A stretch of DNA of 64,000 bases, taken from the NCBI GenBank assembly GCA_002415485.1, contig DHYU01000050.1, positions 21,519 to 85,518 of the forward strand, read 5' to 3'. Source of the stretch: Proteobacteria bacterium UBA5122 (GTDB lineage: Bacteria > Pseudomonadota > Gammaproteobacteria > Tenderiales > Tenderiaceae). Shown piece by piece: positions 1 through 8,913 of the stretch. A model generated the notes under the pieces. It was given only the letters and a program-made list of their open reading frames with translations, was not told the DNA's origin and did not search any database. Each line of letters opens with the position of its first letter. The stretch's first letter is position 1. Made by a program: the position numbers and the translations under genes.

Positions 1-1
1 T

Positions 2-1066
2 GGCCTGGAACTGAACAACGCCGCCACTCCTGAAGCGCTGGCCGACATAGAGAACAGTCGCGCAGATCTGAACGCCCAATACGAAGGCCTGCAGGAAGAA
101 CTGCTGGCGCTATACACCCAGATCAATCGCGACAGCTTCACCGCAGAAGTTGCCAATGGCCGCATTGTCAAAGTCGACTTCGCCAAGGCGGTGTGGGCCT
201 ATAAACCCAACGAGATGACCGTATTCGGCAAGATTCGCCACTACGGCCACAAGTTGTGGGAATTCTTCAGTGACGAACCCCGCGAGGCCAATACTGAAGG
301 CGGTATCTTCCCCGCCATCTTCGGCACCGTGATGATGGTCATCCTGATGTCGATCATGGTCATGCCATTCGGCGTCGTCGCTGCGGTGTACTTGCGTGAA
401 TACGCTACCCAAGGCCCGATCACCCGTACCATCCGCATCGCGGTCAACAACCTGGCCGGTGTACCTTCCATCGTCTATGGCGTATTTGGCCTCGGCTTCT
501 TCGTCTACTTTTTGGGTGGCAACATCGACCAACTCTTCTTCCAAGAGGCACTGCCCGCGCCGACCTTTGGTACTCCGGGTTTGATGTGGGCATCGCTGAC
601 GCTGGCCCTGCTGACCGTGCCCGTGGTCATCGTCGCCACCGAAGAAGGCCTGTCGCGCATCCCACGCTCAATTCGTGAAGGCAGTCTGGCCCTCGGCGCA
701 ACCAAGGCCGAAACCCTGTGGCGCACCATCATTCCGATGGCCAGCCCGGCAATCATGACGGGCCTGATCCTGGCCATCGCCCGTGCCGCCGGTGAGGTTG
801 CACCGCTGATGCTGGTAGGTGTGGTCAAACTGGCGCCTTCGCTGCCGCTGGATGAGAATTCACCGTTCATCCACCTGGATCGCAAGTTTATGCACCTGGG
901 CTTCCATATCTACGATGTTGGCTTCCAAAGCCCCAACGTCGAGGCTGCACGTCCGCTGGTCTACGCCACCGCCCTGCTGCTGGTCTTGGTCATCGTGATC
1001 CTGAACCTGGCGGCGATTGCGATTCGTAATCGCCTGCGTGAAAAATACAAGGCGCTTGAGAACTAA
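2..1066 (+). CDS. pstA: Phosphate ABC transporter permease PstA (long form), 5' end cut by the window edge
   Basis: Frame 2 is open from base 2 with no stop, so track ORF 191..1066 (GTG) is only the tail of a longer CDS. Multi-pass permease sequence with EAA-type loop (SLALGATKAETLWRTIIPMASPAIMTG). Directly followed by pstB and phoU. Confidence 0.85.
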   Translation, partial: GLELNNAATPEALADIENSRADLNAQYEGLQEELLALYTQINRDSFTAEVANGRIVKVDFAKAVWAYKPNEMTVFGKIRHYGHKLWEFFSDEPREANTEGGIFPAIFGTVMMVILMSIMVMPFGVVAAVYLREYATQGPITRTIRIAVNNLAGVPSIVYGVFGLGFFVYFLGGNIDQLFFQEALPAPTFGTPGLMWASLTLALLTVPVVIVATEEGLSRIPRSIREGSLALGATKAETLWRTIIPMASPAIMTGLILAIARAAGEVAPLMLVGVVKLAPSLPLDENSPFIHLDRKFMHLGFHIYDVGFQSPNVEAARPLVYATALLLVLVIVILNLAAIAIRNRLREKYKALEN

Positions 1067-1118
1067 GCGTTTATTTAAGATTCATACACCACTGTAACGA
1101 CAAAACGGATAGATCCGC

Positions 1119-1970
1119 ATGAGTGAAGAAACAGTTCAAAATGCCGCGCCGAAGACACATGCCATCAACATGTCGGCCCTGAAAAAACCGCGACGAGCTC
1201 AACCCGAGGCGCCCAAGGACATTGCCATCCACGTCAATGATCTGAAGCTGTATTACGGTGACAAGCAGGCCCTCAACGGCATCCACATGCAGATCCCACG
1301 TAAAAAGGTCACCGCCTTCATCGGTCCCAGTGGTTGCGGTAAGTCCACGCTGCTACGCTGCTTCAACCGCATGAACGATCTGGTCGACGGCGTGCGCATC
1401 GAGGGCGAGATCAACCTCGACGGCGATAACATCTACGCCCGCGGTGTGGACGTGGCCGATCTGCGTCGTCGCGTCGGCATGGTATTCCAGAAGCCAAACC
1501 CATTCCCGAAAACAATCTATGAAAACGTGGCCTATGGCCTGCGTATTCAAGGTGTCAACGACCGCCGCATCCTCGACGAGACCGTCGAAAACTCACTGCG
1601 CGGCGCTGCGCTGTGGGATGAGGTGAAGGATCGTTTGAACGACAATGCCTTTGGTCTCTCCGGCGGTCAGCAACAACGTCTGGTCATCGCGCGCGCCATC
1701 GCCATCGAGCCTGAAGTATTGCTGCTCGACGAGCCGGCCTCGGCGCTCGACCCGATCTCCACCTTGAAGATCGAAGAGCTGATTTATGAGCTCAAAGAGA
1801 AATACACCATCGTCATCGTAACCCACAACATGCAACAGGCGGCCCGTGTATCCGATTACACCGCCTTCATGTACATGGGCGACCTGATCGAGTTCTCGGA
1901 CACGGATACGCTGTTTACCAATCCGGCCAAGAAACAGACTGAAGATTACATCACCGGCCGCTACGGTTAA
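1119..1970 (+). CDS. pstB: Phosphate import ATP-binding protein PstB
   Basis: 283 aa ABC ATPase with Walker [10 protein letters not shown], signature LSGGQQQRL and Walker B LLLDEP. Lies between pstA and phoU. Confidence 0.95.
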   Translation: MSEETVQNAAPKTHAINMSALKKPRRAQPEAPKDIAIHVNDLKLYYGDKQALNGIHMQIPRKKVTAFIGPSGCGKSTLLRCFNRMNDLVDGVRIEGEINLDGDNIYARGVDVADLRRRVGMVFQKPNPFPKTIYENVAYGLRIQGVNDRRILDETVENSLRGAALWDEVKDRLNDNAFGLSGGQQQRLVIARAIAIEPEVLLLDEPASALDPISTLKIEELIYELKEKYTIVIVTHNMQQAARVSDYTAFMYMGDLIEFSDTDTLFTNPAKKQTEDYITGRYG

Positions 1971-1999
1971 TCGGCGGGCGATTACTGAGGGTAAAAATT

Positions 2000-2719
2000 A
2001 TGGATAAAAAACCGATCGCGCATCATATCTCACACCAATACGACGCCGACCTCGAAGATCTGCGCAGCCGGGTCTTCGCCATGGGCGGCCTGGTCGAGGA
2101 ACAAGTGGCCAATGCAGTGACTGCGCTGGTCAAAGGCGATGTTGAACTGGCGGATGCCGTCATCACCAATGACTATCGCGTCAACGCGATGGAAGTGGAA
2201 ATTGATGAAGAGTGCACGCACATCATCGCCCGTCGCCAGCCAACTGCGGGCGACCTGCGTCTGGTCATCGCCGTGATCAAAACCATCACCGATATGGAGC
2301 GCATTGGCGACCAGGCCGCGAAGGTGGCACGCATGGCGCGTCAACTGGCGGAGATGGAACGTCCTCGTAACGAATATGTCGAGATTCAAAGCCTCGGCAC
2401 CCACGTACAGACCATGATCCGCGGCGCACTGGATGCCTTCGCGCGCATGGATGTGCAAGGCGCCATCGAGACAGCCAAAGAAGACCTGAAGGTCGACCAT
2501 GAGTATGAAGCCATCATGCGTCAGCTGATGACATTCATGATGGAAGATCCTCGCACCATCAAACGTATTCTCGACGTGATGTGGGCCACCCGTGCACTGG
2601 AGCGCGTCGGCGACCATGCCAAGAACATCTGTGAATACGTGGTCTATCTGGTGGAAGGCAAAGACGTGCGCCACATCAGCGTGGAGCAGATCGAAGAAGC
2701 GGCGCTGGGCAAACGTTAA
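2000..2719 (+). CDS. phoU: Phosphate signaling regulator PhoU
   Basis: 239 aa with the duplicated helical PhoU repeat and paired motifs ERIGDQAAKVA and ERVGDHAKNIC. Last gene of the pst operon. Confidence 0.95.
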   Translation: MDKKPIAHHISHQYDADLEDLRSRVFAMGGLVEEQVANAVTALVKGDVELADAVITNDYRVNAMEVEIDEECTHIIARRQPTAGDLRLVIAVIKTITDMERIGDQAAKVARMARQLAEMERPRNEYVEIQSLGTHVQTMIRGALDAFARMDVQGAIETAKEDLKVDHEYEAIMRQLMTFMMEDPRTIKRILDVMWATRALERVGDHAKNICEYVVYLVEGKDVRHISVEQIEEAALGKR

Positions 2720-2736
2720 TCTGCCCGCCTGCTCAG

Positions 2737-2769
2737 AAAAAAGGCCAGTGCACGCACTGGCCTTTTTTT
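2737..2769. terminator. Bidirectional rho-independent terminator between phoU (+) and the phosphoesterase gene (-)
   Basis: AAAAAA, then GGCCAGTG, loop CACG, CACTGGCC, then TTTTTTT. The perfect 8-bp GC-rich stem is flanked by an A-run and a T-run, so it can terminate in both directions. Confidence 0.8.
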
Positions 2770-2783
2770 ATGGGTAACTAACG

Positions 2784-3584
2784 TTAATAACCATCACGTT
2801 CTGTATTCAAGGTGCCACAGGCCTGGGCGATGCGTTCAATGCCTGTATTGATCGAACCGTCGGCGTGCAGCTCCAACCAGCGATATCCTGGAGGGATGTC
2901 CTCCAACACAAACGCCTCTGTGCGCGGCTGAAATTGAATACAGGTCGAAGGCGAGGCCAGAAAACGCACCCCCGCGCGGTCTTCGTCATACACCTGATGC
3001 ACATGCCCCCACAGCACCACTTTGACCTGTGGATAGGTCGCGATCAATTCAAACAGCTTGTCCGCATTTTTCAATCCCAGTGGGTCCAACCATTTACAAC
3101 CGAGAGAAAATGGATGGTGATGCAAGGCGATTAATGTGTGATGCGTGGGATGACCCTTCAGCCGTTTTTCCAGCCACTGCAGCTCTGCCACATCCAGCTC
3201 ACCATAGACCTGGCCGGCAATCGCTGTCTTCAACAACAGGATCTGCCAATTGCCCAATACCACGTGTTTTTGACAACTGATCGGGCCACCGGCAAACACC
3301 TGCTCCATCAACGGCATGTCATCGTGATTGCCCGCCAAACAATGGATCGGATACGTTGCCTGTTGCAGATCACTGGCCAAACGGCGATATCCGAATTCGC
3401 TTTCGTCATGCACCAAGTCGCCCGTCAGCAACATCAGATCGCAGGTGCTGTGATCCACGCTTTGATACACCGCCCGGAATGACTCGAGGCTATTGATCCC
3501 ATACAGCCCCTTGGCTGAGTCTTGATATAGATGGGGGTCGGTCAGCTGCACGACCCGAATCACGGCCTTGTTATGCTCTATCAC
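2784..3584 (-). CDS. cpdA: Metallophosphoesterase, CpdA/Icc-like 3',5'-cyclic nucleotide phosphodiesterase
   Basis: 266 aa with calcineurin-like motifs in canonical order: LTDPH, GDLVHDE, GNHD, HHHP, GHVH. Confidence 0.75.
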   Translation of the reverse strand: MIEHNKAVIRVVQLTDPHLYQDSAKGLYGINSLESFRAVYQSVDHSTCDLMLLTGDLVHDESEFGYRRLASDLQQATYPIHCLAGNHDDMPLMEQVFAGGPISCQKHVVLGNWQILLLKTAIAGQVYGELDVAELQWLEKRLKGHPTHHTLIALHHHPFSLGCKWLDPLGLKNADKLFELIATYPQVKVVLWGHVHQVYDEDRAGVRFLASPSTCIQFQPRTEAFVLEDIPPGYRWLELHADGSINTGIERIAQACGTLNTERDGY

Positions 3585-3591
3585 GGTGTAA

Positions 3592-4284
3592 TTAACCTTC
3601 CGCCTTTTTCTTGGCTACATCATTACGCAAATACAGGGGCAAGGCCTGCTCAGCACTCACCGCGCCACCGGCGGCATAGATCTGCGCCGCCAGCACCGCC
3701 ACATCCTGCGCGGCGGGCAAGGCATCGGCAGCGATATCGATCACATTTGTCGCATACCGTTGTTGTAGCGGGGCTGCAAATTCTCGCCAGCCGCTCCCCA
3801 ATCCGTACCAGCCATCGCCGTCGACCGACGGCAGGGCCTCAGGTGCACACAAGGCATCGTCGGCCAAGGCCACCATACGGTCACCATCTAATTGATACGC
3901 CCCCCAATAGACCTCACCCATGCGTGCATCGATGATGGGCAGTTGTTTGGCATGGCCACTGCGGCGATAACCGCCCTGCGCCAGGGCTGCCAAGGTCGAT
4001 ACCGGCACCACCGGCAGATCGGTGCCAAAGGCAATCCCTTGGGCGACGCTGGTCGCGATGCGAACCCCGGTGAAGGCACCGGGGCCGCAGGCAAAGGCTA
4101 TTGCATCGAGTTGTTGTGGCCGCAACTGCGCCTGGGCCAACAAACGGTCGATCATCGGCAGGATGAGTTCACCGTGTTTTTTCGGTGCGAGTTCAAAGTG
4201 TTCTTCGAGTTGATTATTGATCAGCAAAGCCGCAGAACAGGCTTCGCTCGAGGTATCTAGAGCCAGGAGTTTCAAATAGGACAC
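3592..4284 (-). CDS. tsaB: tRNA t6A37 biosynthesis protein TsaB (YeaZ)
   Basis: 230 aa with N-terminal LLALDTSSEACSAAL and CGPGAFTGVRI motifs of the YeaZ/TsaB family. Neighbour of a yoaA-like helicase, as in E. coli. Confidence 0.85.
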   Translation of the reverse strand: MSYLKLLALDTSSEACSAALLINNQLEEHFELAPKKHGELILPMIDRLLAQAQLRPQQLDAIAFACGPGAFTGVRIATSVAQGIAFGTDLPVVPVSTLAALAQGGYRRSGHAKQLPIIDARMGEVYWGAYQLDGDRMVALADDALCAPEALPSVDGDGWYGLGSGWREFAAPLQQRYATNVIDIAADALPAAQDVAVLAAQIYAAGGAVSAEQALPLYLRNDVAKKKAEG

Positions 4285-4342
4285 CCATCAAATTGGCGAA
4301 ATTTCAGTCCGCCATGATAGATGGATTTAAAGCAGTGTTAAA

Positions 4343-4364
4343 CCCCGGACAAGCATGCCCGGGG
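4343..4364 (-). terminator. Hairpin terminator downstream of the small membrane-protein gene
   Basis: On the minus strand: CCCCGGGCATGCTTGTCCGGGG (6-7 bp GC stem), followed by TTTAACACTGCTTTAAA. Lies 8 nt after the stop at 4372. Confidence 0.5.
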
Positions 4365-4371
4365 TCAGCAA

Positions 4372-4521
4372 TTAACGATGACGATCGGCCGAACGAACCT
4401 TCACTGCCTCGTCACGCGGCTCGTGCAGCTTATGCGCGGTTAGCTGCAAGGTCACCAACGCCCCGATAACACCACCCATGCAAAATGCAACAACAACAGC
4501 TTCAATGATCATGCTGGTCAT
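4372..4521 (-). CDS. Small (49 aa) single-pass membrane protein, function unknown
   Basis: Track ORF is 4372..4575. The internal ATG at 4521 is preceded by a perfect AGGAGG (4529..4534) at 7-nt spacing. It has one hydrophobic helix (IIEAVVVAFCMGGVIGALVTL) followed by a basic tail. The upstream 18 codons have no RBS. Confidence 0.5.
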   Translation of the reverse strand: MTSMIIEAVVVAFCMGGVIGALVTLQLTAHKLHEPRDEAVKVRSADRHR

Positions 4522-4642
4522 AGCCAGTCCTCCTGTTTGCTGTCCCGCAGTCCCTGCGGTTTCCGTTGAACTCATTATGGCTAGCGGCTGGGGGACAAAG
4601 ACTGACTAGAGAGGTCTGGAGCAATGTTACAAAGATTTACAT

Positions 4643-6607
4643 TTAACCGGCACTGGCCTCTTGGCCACCGAGCCCGGGATCCTGCTGCTGTTTGACGTAG
4701 TTGTAGAAACGCTGCACCAGCTCCAGCTTGCGGGTACGCCGCATCGGCGGCAGACTGTCGAGAAAGACACGGCCGTAGGGTTTGTCGATCAGGCGCGGGT
4801 CGCACAGCATCATCACGCCGTAATCGTCCACGTCACGAATGAGCCGCCCCGCCCCCTGCTTGAGGCTGATCACCGCCGTCGGCACCTGGTGATCCATGAA
4901 GGGATTCCCGCCCTTGTTACGGATGGCATCGAGGCGCGCCGTCAGCACCGGGTCATCGGGGGTGGCAAAGGGCAGCTTGTCGATGATCACGCACGATAGC
5001 GCCTCACCGCGCACATCCACCCCCTCCCAGAAACTGCCCGTCCCCAGCAGCACAGCATTGCCCAACTCACGAAAACGCTGCAGCAGTTCGCTGCGCGGCA
5101 GGCTGCCCTGCACCAGCAAGGGGTAATCGATCTCCCCCTCCAGCATCTCAGCCGCCTGCTTCAGCGCGCGGTGACTGGTAAACAGCATAAAGGCACGACC
5201 TTCACTGGCGGCCAGGACCGGCAGCGCTGCCTCAACGATCTTGCGCGTGTAGTCCGGGTGATTGGGCTGTGGCAGATCGGTCGGCACGTAGAGCAAGGCG
5301 TGGTTGGGATAGTCGAACGGGCTTTGCCAGCAGCCGGTCATCGGCGCCTTGAGGCCGAGGCGGTCGGCAAAGTGCTCAAAGCCACCGTTGACGGCCAGCG
5401 TCGCCGAGGTGAAGACCCAGGCCGCCCGCTCCTGCTGCATGCGCTGCTGAAAGGGCTCGGCAATCTCCAGCGGCGTGCAGTTGAGGGCAAAGCTGCGGCT
5501 GAAGATCTCCAGCCAGTAGATGTTGTCCGGCGAGGCCTCGCCATCGAACAGGCAGAGTTTATGGAACAGCGCGACGGCGCGCTCGTGGCAGTTCTCCAGC
5601 CCCTTGCTGCGCTGTGCGCCCTCCTCCAGCAGCGGGATCAACTCGTCGAACACGCGGCGCAGATAGGCGAGCTGGTCGCAGAGTTTTTCATCCTGCTGCG
5701 CGGCCAACCACGGCATACGCTGCGCCTGACTGCCCATGGCCAGCCGCAGATCGCGGGCGGCGTATTCGAGCCGTTCGGCGACGGTCTGCAGGGCCTTGGT
5801 GTCGGAGGCCGTCTGGTGAAATTCGTTGATGGTGTCGCGCGCCAGCTCGCTCAGCTGACGGCTGCTCAAGGTCTGGCCGAAGAAGTTGCTCGCCACCTCG
5901 AGCAGCTGATGGGCCTCGTCGATGATGTAGGCATTGGCACCGGGCAGCAGCTCACCAAAGCCCCCGTGCTGCAGCACCATGTCGGCGCACAACAGGTGGT
6001 GGTTGATGACGACGATGTCCGCCTCCTGCGCCTCGCGTCGCGCCTTCATCACATGGCATTCTTTGAAATCGGGGCAGTCATTGCCCAGGCAGTTGTCGGT
6101 GGTCGAGGTCACGTATGGCCAGATCGGCGCATCCTCACTGACGGCCTTCACCTCGGCGATGTCACCGTTGTGGCTGCTCCCGGCCCAGCGGCGGATGCGC
6201 TGCAGCTGATCGACCATCTCCCGCGATGCCAATTGCCCCTCAGACTCGGTCAGTTTCAGCCGGTACCAACACAGGTAATTGGCGCGCCCCTTGAGCAATG
6301 CAACTCCCACTGGCACCGCCAGCGCCTTGCGCACCACAGGCAGGTCACGATGAAAGAGTTGGTCTTGCAGATTTTTGGTACCGGTCGAGATGACGACCTT
6401 TTTGCCGGACAGGATCGCCGGCACCAGATAGGCGAAGGTCTTGCCGGTACCGGTACCGGCCTCACAGATCAGGGTTTGGTTTTCGTCGATGGCGCGGGCG
6501 ACGGCCTCGGCCATCTCCTGCTGTTGCTGCCGCGGCCGAAAGCCGTCGATGTGGTCGGCCAGCGCACCGGCATCGCCCAGAACCGCTGCAACATCAATAT
6601 CAAACAT
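4643..6607 (-). CDS. yoaA: ATP-dependent DNA helicase, DinG family (YoaA-like, Fe-S)
   Basis: 654 aa with Walker A AGTGTGKTFAYL, DEAH box (IIDEAHQL) and a Cys cluster (C..NCLGNDCPDFKEC) typical of XPD/DinG Fe-S helicases. Its size and its tsaB neighbour fit YoaA. Confidence 0.8.
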   Translation of the reverse strand: MFDIDVAAVLGDAGALADHIDGFRPRQQQQEMAEAVARAIDENQTLICEAGTGTGKTFAYLVPAILSGKKVVISTGTKNLQDQLFHRDLPVVRKALAVPVGVALLKGRANYLCWYRLKLTESEGQLASREMVDQLQRIRRWAGSSHNGDIAEVKAVSEDAPIWPYVTSTTDNCLGNDCPDFKECHVMKARREAQEADIVVINHHLLCADMVLQHGGFGELLPGANAYIIDEAHQLLEVASNFFGQTLSSRQLSELARDTINEFHQTASDTKALQTVAERLEYAARDLRLAMGSQAQRMPWLAAQQDEKLCDQLAYLRRVFDELIPLLEEGAQRSKGLENCHERAVALFHKLCLFDGEASPDNIYWLEIFSRSFALNCTPLEIAEPFQQRMQQERAAWVFTSATLAVNGGFEHFADRLGLKAPMTGCWQSPFDYPNHALLYVPTDLPQPNHPDYTRKIVEAALPVLAASEGRAFMLFTSHRALKQAAEMLEGEIDYPLLVQGSLPRSELLQRFRELGNAVLLGTGSFWEGVDVRGEALSCVIIDKLPFATPDDPVLTARLDAIRNKGGNPFMDHQVPTAVISLKQGAGRLIRDVDDYGVMMLCDPRLIDKPYGRVFLDSLPPMRRTRKLELVQRFYNYVKQQQDPGLGGQEASAG

Positions 6608-6622
6608 TAGCCCGGCTTGACC

Positions 6623-7126
6623 TTAAGGCGCTTGGTTGTCCCAAACCTCATCTTCCGCGCCGAATTCACGGGTCCAGACCAAGGTTGAAATGGCTTTGAA
6701 TTTGGCGACGGACATCGCGCCACGTTTGGCGCGGTTGCTCGCCGCCTCACGATTGGCCGCAACGATATCCTCGCGCAGGGCCTCGTACATCTCGTAGGGC
6801 TCGAAGTTCTCATCCAGCAGGACCATCACCACACTATCCCACTCACTCTCCAGTTTGAGCTGTCCGATACGCTGACCGGCCTTGCCCTCATCGAAGATCA
6901 CGCGGCCTTTGATCTGCACCTTGCGCCCCTCACGAGCGCCGGTACCCACCGCATCGTAACCACCCTCGGTTCCAGGTGGCACAGGCTCCAGCCCCAAATG
7001 GTAACAGGCGTCGAATTGGGCGATCTCGCCACTGACCCCACCCAAGGGTTTGCCGGTGGCGTTGCGATAGTCGCGCGCGATGCGGCGCGTTTCAGCAATC
7101 AGTTTTCGTAAGTCGTAAACGGCCAT
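6623..7126 (-). CDS. Hypothetical protein with a PD-(D/E)xK nuclease-like motif pattern
   Basis: 167 aa, 15 nt upstream of and co-directional with yoaA. Ordered E (GEIAQ), D (GGYDAV) and QxK (VQIKGR) residues on predicted strand-like segments resemble a restriction-endonuclease-like core. I recognise no family with certainty. Confidence 0.45.
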   Translation of the reverse strand: MAVYDLRKLIAETRRIARDYRNATGKPLGGVSGEIAQFDACYHLGLEPVPPGTEGGYDAVGTGAREGRKVQIKGRVIFDEGKAGQRIGQLKLESEWDSVVMVLLDENFEPYEMYEALREDIVAANREAASNRAKRGAMSVAKFKAISTLVWTREFGAEDEVWDNQAP

Positions 7127-7288
7127 ATGGTCTGACAGGAATCCCCTCGATACACATCCATCTGTATCGGTTAAATAATGTTAAATATTATATTTCTTAA
7201 TATATTAGCCAGACAGTCTGTCACTTCACCTGAGGTAACGGCGACGTTCAAACAATCATTTGACCACCGGCTCTGGCATAATCGGACC

Positions 7289-8854
7289 ATGCATAACGAC
7301 ACGCCCCTCATCCGCCATCTGCAACACGCCGACTGTTACCCTCACCCAGTCCGCGATCTGCGCGTCATCGAGACCCACATCTCGTGGGTGCTGCTGACCG
7401 GCGACTATGCCTATAAAATCAAAAAACCGCTGAACCTCGGCTTTCTCGATTTCAGCAGTCTGGCGCAACGTCAACACTACTGCCAGCGCGAGCTAGAACT
7501 CAACCGACGTCTGGCGCCCCAAGTCTATCATGAAGTTGTCGCCATTCGCGGTAGTTTGACGCAGCCACACATCGGCGGCGATGGCCCTGCCATCGAATAT
7601 GCGGTCAAGATGCGCCAGTTCGACCCCAGCCAGCAACTGGACGCCCTGCTCGCCAGCGGCGACCTAACGGCAGATCACATTGACCAACTCGCCAGCACCA
7701 TCGCCCGTTTTCACCACCAGGCTGCCGTTGCATCCTCAGACCAGGACTACGGCCAGGCCGGACCAGTGCTCGCCGCTGCCCAGCAGAACTTCGATCAGAT
7801 CCATGCCCTGCTGCCGACCGACTCGCCACGCAGCGCCGCACTGGGCCCATTGGCAGACTGGTTTGAGCACAATCAGCCCCAGCTCGCACAGCTCATCGCG
7901 CAGCGGCGGCAACAGGGGCACGTCCATAACTGCCACGGCGACATGCACCTGGGCAACATGGCGCTGATCGATGATGAGGTCGTCATCTTCGACTGCATCG
8001 AATTCAATGAACACTTCCGCTGGATGGACACCATCAGCGAACTGGCCTTCGTCACCATGGACCTGCAGCAACGCGGCCACGTCAACCTCGCCCACCGCCT
8101 GCTCGACCGCTACCTCAGCCTCAGCGGCGACTACGACGGCCTGCGCCTGTTGCGTTACTACCAGTTCTATTACGCCATGGTGCGGGCCAAGGTGGCGGCC
8201 ATCCGCTCCGACCAGAGCGGCAACGCGCAGGACTGGGCCGAACATGATGCCTACATCGCGCTGGCGCAGTCTTTTATCCGGCCGCAGACACCGCATCTCT
8301 TCATCACCCATGGCCTCTCCGGCAGCGGCAAGAGCAGCATCAGCCAGCCCCTGCTGGAGGCCGGCGGCCTGATCCGGCTGCGCTCGGACGTCGAACGCAA
8401 ACGGCTCTACGGCCTGGCCACCAACGAGCGCTCCAGCAGCGCCATCGGCCGAGGCATCTACCAACCCGAGGCCAGCGCCCGCACCTACGCCCATCTCGCC
8501 GCCTGTGCGCAGATGCTGCTGACGGCAGGTTACAAGGTCATCGTCGATGCGACCTTCCTCGCCCAGACAGAGCGCCAACGCTTCGCCGAGCTGGCGCGCG
8601 CGCTGGACTGCCCGTTCACGATCCTGCATTTCCATGCACCGCTGGCGACCTTGAAACGCTGGATCCGCGAACGTGAGGCGGCCGGCAAGGATGCCTCCGA
8701 GGCCACCGTGGAGGTGCTGGAGAAACAACTACAGAGCCAGCAGCTACTGACTGCAGACGAGCTTGCCTATACCTTATCCGTCGATGCCGAGGACCTGGAC
8801 GCCGCACCGAAGCTGATTTCGGCACTCAGCACCACCCTAGACATCACTTCATAA
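7289..8854 (+). CDS. Bifunctional aminoglycoside-phosphotransferase-like kinase / P-loop (AAA) kinase fusion protein
   Basis: N-terminal half has ETHISWVLLTG..AYKIKKP and the APH/protein-kinase catalytic loop HGDMHLGNM plus IFDCIEF. C-terminal half has Walker A GLSGSGKSS. The start is moved from the track ATG at 7178 to the ATG at 7289, because the first 37 codons lie in AT-rich promoter-like DNA and look non-protein-like. Confidence 0.75.
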   Translation: MHNDTPLIRHLQHADCYPHPVRDLRVIETHISWVLLTGDYAYKIKKPLNLGFLDFSSLAQRQHYCQRELELNRRLAPQVYHEVVAIRGSLTQPHIGGDGPAIEYAVKMRQFDPSQQLDALLASGDLTADHIDQLASTIARFHHQAAVASSDQDYGQAGPVLAAAQQNFDQIHALLPTDSPRSAALGPLADWFEHNQPQLAQLIAQRRQQGHVHNCHGDMHLGNMALIDDEVVIFDCIEFNEHFRWMDTISELAFVTMDLQQRGHVNLAHRLLDRYLSLSGDYDGLRLLRYYQFYYAMVRAKVAAIRSDQSGNAQDWAEHDAYIALAQSFIRPQTPHLFITHGLSGSGKSSISQPLLEAGGLIRLRSDVERKRLYGLATNERSSSAIGRGIYQPEASARTYAHLAACAQMLLTAGYKVIVDATFLAQTERQRFAELARALDCPFTILHFHAPLATLKRWIREREAAGKDASEATVEVLEKQLQSQQLLTADELAYTLSVDAEDLDAAPKLISALSTTLDITS

Positions 8855-8881
8855 AATTCAAGTATCTTAATGAACAAAAAG

Positions 8882-8913
8882 AAAAAACCCCGATCTTTCG
8901 ACCGGGGTTTTGT
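8882..8913. terminator. Bidirectional terminator between the kinase-fusion gene (+) and cysH (-)
   Basis: AAAAAA, then CCCCGATC, loop TTTC, GACCGGGG, then TTTTGTTT. The stem has one mismatch and is flanked by A and T runs on either side. Confidence 0.7.

Noticed and set aside
5171-6610. 479-aa plus-strand ORF
   Set aside because: It is entirely antisense to the well-supported yoaA helicase CDS. Its R/G/A/L/V/Q-rich composition is typical of the antisense frame of GC-rich genes. It has no motifs and no RBS.
7178-7288. The first 37 codons of track ORF 7178..8854 (MLNIIFLNILARQ...)
   Set aside because: They lie in AT-rich promoter-like DNA, have no RBS, and form an N-terminus unlike that of the family. 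The family usually begins about 20-30 aa before ETHISW. I kept the ATG at 7289 instead.
7736-8728. 330-aa minus-strand ORF
   Set aside because: It is antisense to the kinase-fusion CDS, which has clear catalytic and Walker motifs. It is a low-complexity A/G/L/V/Q product of GC-rich DNA.
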